The position numbers were made by a program, and so were the translations under genes. Positions 8,507 to 18,300 of a DNA stretch of 64,000 nucleotides are shown here, one piece after another; position 1 is the stretch's first letter; the number at the start of each line of letters is the position of its first letter. The stretch is taken from NCBI GenBank assembly GCA_000004985.1, contig GG738849.1; one strand, 5' to 3'. The notes under the pieces are model-generated. The model worked only from the letters and a program-made list of their open reading frames with translations. It had not been told where the DNA came from and searched no databases. This stretch comes from Naegleria gruberi. Lineage: Eukaryota.

Positions 8507-11487
8507 CCCATGTTTGCTTCATCAATTCAATAAAGAACTCGACTGATTTGAGCAGTTTTTCATTTGGTCCATCGGTTGTGAAATAGTTTCTATCTGAATC
8601 CCTCATAAAACTATTCATCCACTCACTCAATTGAATTCGTGTTGTAAAAGGAATTTTAGGTCGAAGTCCATCATTAGAAACCTTGAAAATAATATTAAAA
8701 GCATTGACTCTCTCATTTTCTAATGGAGGAGAGAAATAATGAATCTTTCTCGATTCCTCATTTAAAAATGGATTTTCCTCAAAGAATAATTCAAACATTA
8801 CAATTGCAAATGAATAGACATCAATCTTATGCAAGAGATCACTCTGTTTTTTCATGTCAGAGTTAATCATTTCTGGACTCATATAGAGCAAAGTTCCGAC
8901 TGTAGCAGTGTAGAGAGAATGTCTTGATCCATTATTAATGGTTTTTGAAAGTCCAAAATCACAAACTTTTGCCTTTCCAGAAGAATTGATGAGAATATTT
9001 GCAGGTTTTAAATCTCTAATTTTCAGAGTTGGTTAATAAATATATTTTAGGAACTATAAACTTACCTGTGAATAATTACTGGATTGAGTCCGTGTAGATA
9101 TTTCATTCCACTATTTGTCGTTCCATTAATTATATTAGAATCCATCAAAAATTTGAAACATACCTTGCGACATCAATGAGAATTCTTAATTTTTGTTTAA
9201 AGGAAATATTCTCCCTTCCACACTTTGACTCGTAGATAATTTTGTCAAGACTTCCCTTGTCCATATATTCAACAACCATGAATTTCTTAGTCTCTGTTAT
9301 GCAAATTCCATAAAAGGACACAATGTGAGGATTTCTCAAGTTGACCAAAAGTGCAACTTCTTTTTCAAATTCTTCCTCATCTGTATTTTCTGAATTTTGA
9401 TGAAATGATTTGACAGCAACATCTGTAGAGACATTCCATTTAGCTAAATACACTGATCCAAATCCGCCTTCAGCAATCTTTTTGCTAAATGTTAAATCCT
9501 CAGAATTAATAATAAATTTGGAAATTTTCTTGAGCTTGGTTCTTGGAGTGTTATTTACAGAAAAGTCAGCACTCAGAGACATGGAATCTCTTGTATGGAC
9601 CTCCTCTCCATATGATTGAAATGGACTCTCAAGAAGCTTACGTCCAATATCTTCATCAGCTTGTTCTCTCTTGGTCAATATCGAAACTCTCGCTCTCATG
9701 TACGAAATTTTCTTTACAATCTTTGAGAACAAAAATCCAAAGACACCACCCACTATTACTGCAATTAATAATCCTAAAATTGATAAGCTCACTACCATTG
9801 CTGTTGGAAAACTCTTCACACATTCACTCTCTCCAAGTTCATATCCACTCGGACAATCTCTAAATACCAAATCAATCGATAGACTTTCTGTAATTAGTGA
9901 AAGTGTAAGACTATTTCTGTGAGGAATATCGCGAAAACGTTTTCTTATTTGCAGTCCAATGCCATTAGGAAGGGCAAATTTCGTAATTTCAAAATCATAA
10001 AAGAAATCAAATATTTGAATTCTCTCTTGCATGAGTGCAAATTCGTTTCCCAAAACATCGGCCATTTGTAAAAATTTTAAATCCATTCTCTGTCCAAAGA
10101 AAACTTGAATGCTCTTTGGGTTTTTCACGACACTACTAATTTTACCATCAATGTCAAAAAAAGTAATTTCGAAATCTAAGATTGATTTGATGGGGCTTGC
10201 AAAGCTATTTCCATAAACCGATGCCTGATTGCCATGTATGGTAATATTATTGAGAAAGTTCAAAGTGTCAACATGGGATGTGACAAATAAGCCAGCTCCA
10301 GCAAAGGATGCAATATTATCTATGATAGTGGTATTCTCAACATGGAAAGAAGTTGAGAAATAAAAACCACCTCCACCCCAAGTAGCTCTGTTTCCACTAA
10401 TAACAGTTGATCCCAAGAAACCAAGTTGTTTCACTGAAAATGCGCCGCCAGTTCCTTTGCAATCTACGAACTCTGTTGAAATTGTACTATTACTCATTGA
10501 ATCCAACGAGTTCTCTATAAATATACATTCATTAATTATTAGGCCACTCACATATTCTGTGCCACCACGATAGAAGAGAGCTCCTCCTGATACACTTGCC
10601 CTATTTTTCTCCAAGAGGCACTTGTGAATGCCTCCTACTCCTATATTATTAAAATAAAGAGCTCCTCCACTTCCACCAATTGCCTTATTAGCAATAAAAG
10701 AAGAGCTCACAATATCCAAGATTTGGATTCCAGTCCCAGATATGGCTCCGCCATTGGTTGTTTTACCATTATTGATAAAAGTAGATGATCCACAAGATAA
10801 CGACTTTACATTTTCTACAAATATTGCACTACATCCATTATCTTTGAAATTACTATTTAACAATTCGACACTGGAAGCATGACTAATATGAATCAAGCTT
10901 TTTTGTCCAACTCCACAACGATTTTCTACCATTTCTAAATCTTTCAATGAAATAGATGATGAATATCGAATAGTAAATGCATTTCCTCCCATATCTTTCA
11001 CTTTCAATCCCTTCAAATTAACAGTAAAAACAATTTCTAAATCAAATACGAAATAATCTGTAGAAACGGCATGTTCAGAAAAGCCAATATATGAATCAAT
11101 AAAGTTAAATTGTTGAATGGATCTCAAATTCATTTTCCAATGCAATCCAATAGAAAATTCAACTCGGGACATGTTAAATAATTGGACGTTATTGATATCA
11201 AACTTGTTGTGTGCTTCCACAACCATTGATGTATTTACAATCTCTACAATGTCAGCCGATTCAATCGTTAATCCTACATAAATTAATTGGGAATTGTGAA
11301 TATGAACAGTAATTGAAGCATAAACCTCCACATCCGAAAGAACTGAATTTGACACACTGAGTGCAAAAGTTGGATTGACCAAACAATTCTTCACTCTAGA
11401 ATTTTGAATTTTGTAAAAAGGAGCTTGAACAAAATTCATTTCCACATTCTCCAATCCAACATTATATAAATTACTCAATATCAATTC
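8430..11487 (-). CDS. Receptor-type TKL-family Ser/Thr protein kinase with three parts. The large extracellular region contains Chlamydia-PMP-like (GGA[IL] / pectin-lyase-fold) beta-helix repeats. After it come a single TM helix and an intracellular kinase domain. The resolved exons are 8430..9015, 9066..9110 and 9164..11487. The 5' end runs into the 50-N gap.
   Basis: The 779-aa ORF carries repeated GGAISGTG, GGALYFNN, GGALFYRGG, GGAFSVKQ, GGGFYFSTS and AGAGLFVTS motifs (around nt 10194-10767). A Cys motif (RDCPSGYELGESEC) and a TM helix (FPTAMVVSLSILGLLIAVIVGGVFGFLF, around nt 9727-9804) follow. The kinase subdomain I motif is EGGFGSVYLAKW, and VAVK follows. The ORF ends ...DVAR then a stop, but AG|GTATGT (a 53-nt intron at 9111..9163, acceptor AAATAG) joins it to a 45-nt exon (GMKYLHGLNPVIIH). 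A 50-nt intron (9016..9065, GTAAGT...AATTAG) then rebuilds H-R-D-L-K: HRDLKPANILINSSGKAKVCDFGLSKT...LYMSPE...DVYSFAIVMFELF. The stop is TAA at 8430-8432. HRDLKPAN predicts Ser/Thr specificity. Confidence 0.8.
9016..9065 (-). other. Intron of 50 nt (GTAAGT...AAAATTAG) in the kinase catalytic loop.
   Basis: Splicing creates the canonical HRDLKPAN motif from CAC AG | A GAT TTA AAA. Confidence 0.75.
9111..9163 (-). other. Intron of 53 nt (GTATGT...AAATAG) in the kinase domain.
   Basis: It removes the in-frame TGA after DVAR and yields DVASGMKYLHGLNPVIIHRDLK, which matches subdomain VIa/b. Confidence 0.7.
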
Positions 11488-11537
11488 NNNNNNNNNNNNN
11501 NNNNNNNNNNNNNNNNNNNNNNNNNNNNNNNNNNNNN
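11488..11537. other. Assembly gap of 50 N, the conventional length for an unsized scaffold gap.
   Basis: It is a literal run of n and lies inside the receptor-kinase ectodomain coding region. The frame is open on both flanks. Confidence 1.
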
Positions 11538-11674
11538 TAGATAAACTTCTAGTAAGGACTGTCGAACCCTCTTGCTTCCAAAATCAAAATACCAACAAGG
11601 ATAGTTTCCATCAAGAATCCTCCTAACATTGACTCGACCGTTATATTTTACATATTTAACACAGTTATTTGGTA
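11538..11674 (-). CDS. Open reading segment on the far side of the gap, probably an exon of the receptor-kinase ectodomain (...RILDGNYPCWYFDFGSKRVRQSLLEVYL, reading into the gap). The true 5' acceptor is unresolved.
   Basis: The - strand frame is open from the TGA at 11675-11677 down to 11538, with no Met. One candidate acceptor is GTTAG|G at 11623-11624. It is on the same strand and orientation as the kinase ORF that resumes at 11487. Confidence 0.35.
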
Positions 11675-11879
11675 ATCATAACAATACATTGGATTGCCAT
11701 TCTTTCTATCTTATCGATTGGGTAGACGAAGAGTTACAGCAGTGATTTGTGAATGGTGCAGTAACCAACTTTCAAGTAGGTGGTTGACTTGTTAACATGA
11801 AAATCAAACCAGCTCTATTCACAATTCCTTCCTATCATTTAGGAATCCAATCTTTGTGCTACTTTTTGCAACACCTTAC

Positions 11880-11939
11880 TGGCAGGACAATCGATAATCT
11901 CAAAATGAGAAGTAGCAATATTACACGTTCAATTGCCAT
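11880..11939 (-). CDS. Candidate first exon of the receptor kinase encoding the signal peptide (MAIERVILLLLILRLSIVLP), followed by a GTAAGG donor.
   Basis: The ATG is at 11939-11937 (- strand). A 20-codon hydrophobic leader ends exactly at CCA|GTAAGG. It lies ~150 nt downstream (- sense) of the proteasome gene stop. I could not find an intermediate exon or acceptor to the next segment that keeps phase 0. Confidence 0.4.
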
Positions 11940-12087
11940 GTATTGATTGGTTCAGATTCTTACAACCTCTCATAGATGCTACATCAGTACTATCGCCACA
12001 AACAATATGAAGAAGTGGAAAGCAAAGGTGTAATTCTGTTTAGTTTGTTTTTAATAATAAATATTTTACAGATCATCAGTAGATGAT

Positions 12088-12330
12088 TTAATCGACCATT
12101 TCATCGATCTTCTTTGATGAAGTATCCAATAAATTCAAATAATTTTCAATATCATCATCCTCATATAAAGTGAATTTAAGATCCTTTCCAACAACAGCAA
12201 CTGAACAATTCTTTGTTGTCAATTCTACATTATCTCCAGTTGTTCCTTTAAGGGCCTTCAAGGCATGAACGATAAGATCCTTCCAATCATTTGTGAATGT
12301 ATCGTAATGCTTTTCAAAGTAAGTCTTGGC
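12088..12330 (-). CDS. C-terminal 80 codons of a 20S proteasome alpha-type subunit, partial because it is truncated by the large gap.
   Basis: The - strand frame is open for 81 codons to the TAA at 12088-12090. It reads AKTYFEKHYDTFTNDWKDLIVHALKALKGTTGDNVELTTKNCSVAVVGKDLKFTLYEDDDIENYL..., which aligns to the conserved C-terminal region of proteasome alpha subunits. For alpha-2 the matching region is [28 protein letters not shown]...NIEVGICNE...F..LTP.EVKDYL. Confidence 0.6.
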   Translation of the reverse strand, partial: AKTYFEKHYDTFTNDWKDLIVHALKALKGTTGDNVELTTKNCSVAVVGKDLKFTLYEDDDIENYLNLLDTSSKKIDEMVD

Positions 12331-12332
12331 AC

Positions 12333-15300
12333 NNNNNNNNNNNNNNNNNNNNNNNNNNNNNNNNNNNNNNNNNNNNNNNNNNNNNNNNNNNNNNNNNNNN
12401 NNNNNNNNNNNNNNNNNNNNNNNNNNNNNNNNNNNNNNNNNNNNNNNNNNNNNNNNNNNNNNNNNNNNNNNNNNNNNNNNNNNNNNNNNNNNNNNNNNNN
12501 NNNNNNNNNNNNNNNNNNNNNNNNNNNNNNNNNNNNNNNNNNNNNNNNNNNNNNNNNNNNNNNNNNNNNNNNNNNNNNNNNNNNNNNNNNNNNNNNNNNN
12601 NNNNNNNNNNNNNNNNNNNNNNNNNNNNNNNNNNNNNNNNNNNNNNNNNNNNNNNNNNNNNNNNNNNNNNNNNNNNNNNNNNNNNNNNNNNNNNNNNNNN
12701 NNNNNNNNNNNNNNNNNNNNNNNNNNNNNNNNNNNNNNNNNNNNNNNNNNNNNNNNNNNNNNNNNNNNNNNNNNNNNNNNNNNNNNNNNNNNNNNNNNNN
12801 NNNNNNNNNNNNNNNNNNNNNNNNNNNNNNNNNNNNNNNNNNNNNNNNNNNNNNNNNNNNNNNNNNNNNNNNNNNNNNNNNNNNNNNNNNNNNNNNNNNN
12901 NNNNNNNNNNNNNNNNNNNNNNNNNNNNNNNNNNNNNNNNNNNNNNNNNNNNNNNNNNNNNNNNNNNNNNNNNNNNNNNNNNNNNNNNNNNNNNNNNNNN
13001 NNNNNNNNNNNNNNNNNNNNNNNNNNNNNNNNNNNNNNNNNNNNNNNNNNNNNNNNNNNNNNNNNNNNNNNNNNNNNNNNNNNNNNNNNNNNNNNNNNNN
13101 NNNNNNNNNNNNNNNNNNNNNNNNNNNNNNNNNNNNNNNNNNNNNNNNNNNNNNNNNNNNNNNNNNNNNNNNNNNNNNNNNNNNNNNNNNNNNNNNNNNN
13201 NNNNNNNNNNNNNNNNNNNNNNNNNNNNNNNNNNNNNNNNNNNNNNNNNNNNNNNNNNNNNNNNNNNNNNNNNNNNNNNNNNNNNNNNNNNNNNNNNNNN
13301 NNNNNNNNNNNNNNNNNNNNNNNNNNNNNNNNNNNNNNNNNNNNNNNNNNNNNNNNNNNNNNNNNNNNNNNNNNNNNNNNNNNNNNNNNNNNNNNNNNNN
13401 NNNNNNNNNNNNNNNNNNNNNNNNNNNNNNNNNNNNNNNNNNNNNNNNNNNNNNNNNNNNNNNNNNNNNNNNNNNNNNNNNNNNNNNNNNNNNNNNNNNN
13501 NNNNNNNNNNNNNNNNNNNNNNNNNNNNNNNNNNNNNNNNNNNNNNNNNNNNNNNNNNNNNNNNNNNNNNNNNNNNNNNNNNNNNNNNNNNNNNNNNNNN
13601 NNNNNNNNNNNNNNNNNNNNNNNNNNNNNNNNNNNNNNNNNNNNNNNNNNNNNNNNNNNNNNNNNNNNNNNNNNNNNNNNNNNNNNNNNNNNNNNNNNNN
13701 NNNNNNNNNNNNNNNNNNNNNNNNNNNNNNNNNNNNNNNNNNNNNNNNNNNNNNNNNNNNNNNNNNNNNNNNNNNNNNNNNNNNNNNNNNNNNNNNNNNN
13801 NNNNNNNNNNNNNNNNNNNNNNNNNNNNNNNNNNNNNNNNNNNNNNNNNNNNNNNNNNNNNNNNNNNNNNNNNNNNNNNNNNNNNNNNNNNNNNNNNNNN
13901 NNNNNNNNNNNNNNNNNNNNNNNNNNNNNNNNNNNNNNNNNNNNNNNNNNNNNNNNNNNNNNNNNNNNNNNNNNNNNNNNNNNNNNNNNNNNNNNNNNNN
14001 NNNNNNNNNNNNNNNNNNNNNNNNNNNNNNNNNNNNNNNNNNNNNNNNNNNNNNNNNNNNNNNNNNNNNNNNNNNNNNNNNNNNNNNNNNNNNNNNNNNN
14101 NNNNNNNNNNNNNNNNNNNNNNNNNNNNNNNNNNNNNNNNNNNNNNNNNNNNNNNNNNNNNNNNNNNNNNNNNNNNNNNNNNNNNNNNNNNNNNNNNNNN
14201 NNNNNNNNNNNNNNNNNNNNNNNNNNNNNNNNNNNNNNNNNNNNNNNNNNNNNNNNNNNNNNNNNNNNNNNNNNNNNNNNNNNNNNNNNNNNNNNNNNNN
14301 NNNNNNNNNNNNNNNNNNNNNNNNNNNNNNNNNNNNNNNNNNNNNNNNNNNNNNNNNNNNNNNNNNNNNNNNNNNNNNNNNNNNNNNNNNNNNNNNNNNN
14401 NNNNNNNNNNNNNNNNNNNNNNNNNNNNNNNNNNNNNNNNNNNNNNNNNNNNNNNNNNNNNNNNNNNNNNNNNNNNNNNNNNNNNNNNNNNNNNNNNNNN
14501 NNNNNNNNNNNNNNNNNNNNNNNNNNNNNNNNNNNNNNNNNNNNNNNNNNNNNNNNNNNNNNNNNNNNNNNNNNNNNNNNNNNNNNNNNNNNNNNNNNNN
14601 NNNNNNNNNNNNNNNNNNNNNNNNNNNNNNNNNNNNNNNNNNNNNNNNNNNNNNNNNNNNNNNNNNNNNNNNNNNNNNNNNNNNNNNNNNNNNNNNNNNN
14701 NNNNNNNNNNNNNNNNNNNNNNNNNNNNNNNNNNNNNNNNNNNNNNNNNNNNNNNNNNNNNNNNNNNNNNNNNNNNNNNNNNNNNNNNNNNNNNNNNNNN
14801 NNNNNNNNNNNNNNNNNNNNNNNNNNNNNNNNNNNNNNNNNNNNNNNNNNNNNNNNNNNNNNNNNNNNNNNNNNNNNNNNNNNNNNNNNNNNNNNNNNNN
14901 NNNNNNNNNNNNNNNNNNNNNNNNNNNNNNNNNNNNNNNNNNNNNNNNNNNNNNNNNNNNNNNNNNNNNNNNNNNNNNNNNNNNNNNNNNNNNNNNNNNN
15001 NNNNNNNNNNNNNNNNNNNNNNNNNNNNNNNNNNNNNNNNNNNNNNNNNNNNNNNNNNNNNNNNNNNNNNNNNNNNNNNNNNNNNNNNNNNNNNNNNNNN
15101 NNNNNNNNNNNNNNNNNNNNNNNNNNNNNNNNNNNNNNNNNNNNNNNNNNNNNNNNNNNNNNNNNNNNNNNNNNNNNNNNNNNNNNNNNNNNNNNNNNNN
15201 NNNNNNNNNNNNNNNNNNNNNNNNNNNNNNNNNNNNNNNNNNNNNNNNNNNNNNNNNNNNNNNNNNNNNNNNNNNNNNNNNNNNNNNNNNNNNNNNNNNN

Positions 15301-18300
15301 NNNNNNNNNNNNNNNNNNNNNNNNNNNNNNNNNNNNNNNNNNNNNNNNNNNNNNNNNNNNNNNNNNNNNNNNNNNNNNNNNNNNNNNNNNNNNNNNNNNN
15401 NNNNNNNNNNNNNNNNNNNNNNNNNNNNNNNNNNNNNNNNNNNNNNNNNNNNNNNNNNNNNNNNNNNNNNNNNNNNNNNNNNNNNNNNNNNNNNNNNNNN
15501 NNNNNNNNNNNNNNNNNNNNNNNNNNNNNNNNNNNNNNNNNNNNNNNNNNNNNNNNNNNNNNNNNNNNNNNNNNNNNNNNNNNNNNNNNNNNNNNNNNNN
15601 NNNNNNNNNNNNNNNNNNNNNNNNNNNNNNNNNNNNNNNNNNNNNNNNNNNNNNNNNNNNNNNNNNNNNNNNNNNNNNNNNNNNNNNNNNNNNNNNNNNN
15701 NNNNNNNNNNNNNNNNNNNNNNNNNNNNNNNNNNNNNNNNNNNNNNNNNNNNNNNNNNNNNNNNNNNNNNNNNNNNNNNNNNNNNNNNNNNNNNNNNNNN
15801 NNNNNNNNNNNNNNNNNNNNNNNNNNNNNNNNNNNNNNNNNNNNNNNNNNNNNNNNNNNNNNNNNNNNNNNNNNNNNNNNNNNNNNNNNNNNNNNNNNNN
15901 NNNNNNNNNNNNNNNNNNNNNNNNNNNNNNNNNNNNNNNNNNNNNNNNNNNNNNNNNNNNNNNNNNNNNNNNNNNNNNNNNNNNNNNNNNNNNNNNNNNN
16001 NNNNNNNNNNNNNNNNNNNNNNNNNNNNNNNNNNNNNNNNNNNNNNNNNNNNNNNNNNNNNNNNNNNNNNNNNNNNNNNNNNNNNNNNNNNNNNNNNNNN
16101 NNNNNNNNNNNNNNNNNNNNNNNNNNNNNNNNNNNNNNNNNNNNNNNNNNNNNNNNNNNNNNNNNNNNNNNNNNNNNNNNNNNNNNNNNNNNNNNNNNNN
16201 NNNNNNNNNNNNNNNNNNNNNNNNNNNNNNNNNNNNNNNNNNNNNNNNNNNNNNNNNNNNNNNNNNNNNNNNNNNNNNNNNNNNNNNNNNNNNNNNNNNN
16301 NNNNNNNNNNNNNNNNNNNNNNNNNNNNNNNNNNNNNNNNNNNNNNNNNNNNNNNNNNNNNNNNNNNNNNNNNNNNNNNNNNNNNNNNNNNNNNNNNNNN
16401 NNNNNNNNNNNNNNNNNNNNNNNNNNNNNNNNNNNNNNNNNNNNNNNNNNNNNNNNNNNNNNNNNNNNNNNNNNNNNNNNNNNNNNNNNNNNNNNNNNNN
16501 NNNNNNNNNNNNNNNNNNNNNNNNNNNNNNNNNNNNNNNNNNNNNNNNNNNNNNNNNNNNNNNNNNNNNNNNNNNNNNNNNNNNNNNNNNNNNNNNNNNN
16601 NNNNNNNNNNNNNNNNNNNNNNNNNNNNNNNNNNNNNNNNNNNNNNNNNNNNNNNNNNNNNNNNNNNNNNNNNNNNNNNNNNNNNNNNNNNNNNNNNNNN
16701 NNNNNNNNNNNNNNNNNNNNNNNNNNNNNNNNNNNNNNNNNNNNNNNNNNNNNNNNNNNNNNNNNNNNNNNNNNNNNNNNNNNNNNNNNNNNNNNNNNNN
16801 NNNNNNNNNNNNNNNNNNNNNNNNNNNNNNNNNNNNNNNNNNNNNNNNNNNNNNNNNNNNNNNNNNNNNNNNNNNNNNNNNNNNNNNNNNNNNNNNNNNN
16901 NNNNNNNNNNNNNNNNNNNNNNNNNNNNNNNNNNNNNNNNNNNNNNNNNNNNNNNNNNNNNNNNNNNNNNNNNNNNNNNNNNNNNNNNNNNNNNNNNNNN
17001 NNNNNNNNNNNNNNNNNNNNNNNNNNNNNNNNNNNNNNNNNNNNNNNNNNNNNNNNNNNNNNNNNNNNNNNNNNNNNNNNNNNNNNNNNNNNNNNNNNNN
17101 NNNNNNNNNNNNNNNNNNNNNNNNNNNNNNNNNNNNNNNNNNNNNNNNNNNNNNNNNNNNNNNNNNNNNNNNNNNNNNNNNNNNNNNNNNNNNNNNNNNN
17201 NNNNNNNNNNNNNNNNNNNNNNNNNNNNNNNNNNNNNNNNNNNNNNNNNNNNNNNNNNNNNNNNNNNNNNNNNNNNNNNNNNNNNNNNNNNNNNNNNNNN
17301 NNNNNNNNNNNNNNNNNNNNNNNNNNNNNNNNNNNNNNNNNNNNNNNNNNNNNNNNNNNNNNNNNNNNNNNNNNNNNNNNNNNNNNNNNNNNNNNNNNNN
17401 NNNNNNNNNNNNNNNNNNNNNNNNNNNNNNNNNNNNNNNNNNNNNNNNNNNNNNNNNNNNNNNNNNNNNNNNNNNNNNNNNNNNNNNNNNNNNNNNNNNN
17501 NNNNNNNNNNNNNNNNNNNNNNNNNNNNNNNNNNNNNNNNNNNNNNNNNNNNNNNNNNNNNNNNNNNNNNNNNNNNNNNNNNNNNNNNNNNNNNNNNNNN
17601 NNNNNNNNNNNNNNNNNNNNNNNNNNNNNNNNNNNNNNNNNNNNNNNNNNNNNNNNNNNNNNNNNNNNNNNNNNNNNNNNNNNNNNNNNNNNNNNNNNNN
17701 NNNNNNNNNNNNNNNNNNNNNNNNNNNNNNNNNNNNNNNNNNNNNNNNNNNNNNNNNNNNNNNNNNNNNNNNNNNNNNNNNNNNNNNNNNNNNNNNNNNN
17801 NNNNNNNNNNNNNNNNNNNNNNNNNNNNNNNNNNNNNNNNNNNNNNNNNNNNNNNNNNNNNNNNNNNNNNNNNNNNNNNNNNNNNNNNNNNNNNNNNNNN
17901 NNNNNNNNNNNNNNNNNNNNNNNNNNNNNNNNNNNNNNNNNNNNNNNNNNNNNNNNNNNNNNNNNNNNNNNNNNNNNNNNNNNNNNNNNNNNNNNNNNNN
18001 NNNNNNNNNNNNNNNNNNNNNNNNNNNNNNNNNNNNNNNNNNNNNNNNNNNNNNNNNNNNNNNNNNNNNNNNNNNNNNNNNNNNNNNNNNNNNNNNNNNN
18101 NNNNNNNNNNNNNNNNNNNNNNNNNNNNNNNNNNNNNNNNNNNNNNNNNNNNNNNNNNNNNNNNNNNNNNNNNNNNNNNNNNNNNNNNNNNNNNNNNNNN
18201 NNNNNNNNNNNNNNNNNNNNNNNNNNNNNNNNNNNNNNNNNNNNNNNNNNNNNNNNNNNNNNNNNNNNNNNNNNNNNNNNNNNNNNNNNNNNNNNNNNNN

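Noticed and set aside
8430-11484. ORF-track proteins beginning with M at 8891, 11484, 6487 and 7441.
   Set aside because: The underlying codon is TTG, not ATG, so the ORF caller is using alternative starts. These are internal Leu codons of larger spliced exons, not real initiation sites.
11555-11580. GGGTTCGAC motif resembling a tRNA T-loop.
   Set aside because: The flanking bases cannot form a T-stem or acceptor stem. The segment is inside an open protein-coding frame.
11700-11880. Possible intermediate kinase exon encoding SWFDFHVNKSTTYLK between the signal-peptide exon and the gap-proximal segment.
   Set aside because: No combination of GT or AG sites gave a phase-consistent path without stops. 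It is left unresolved rather than asserted.
1-12332. Prokaryotic-style features, including operons, Shine-Dalgarno sites, CRISPR arrays, integrases and defence-island gene clusters.
   Set aside because: The sequence is eukaryotic, with spliceosomal introns, signal peptides, F-box, ankyrin, TKL kinase and proteasome genes. No direct-repeat/spacer arrays or phage or transposase genes are present in the readable 12.3 kb.
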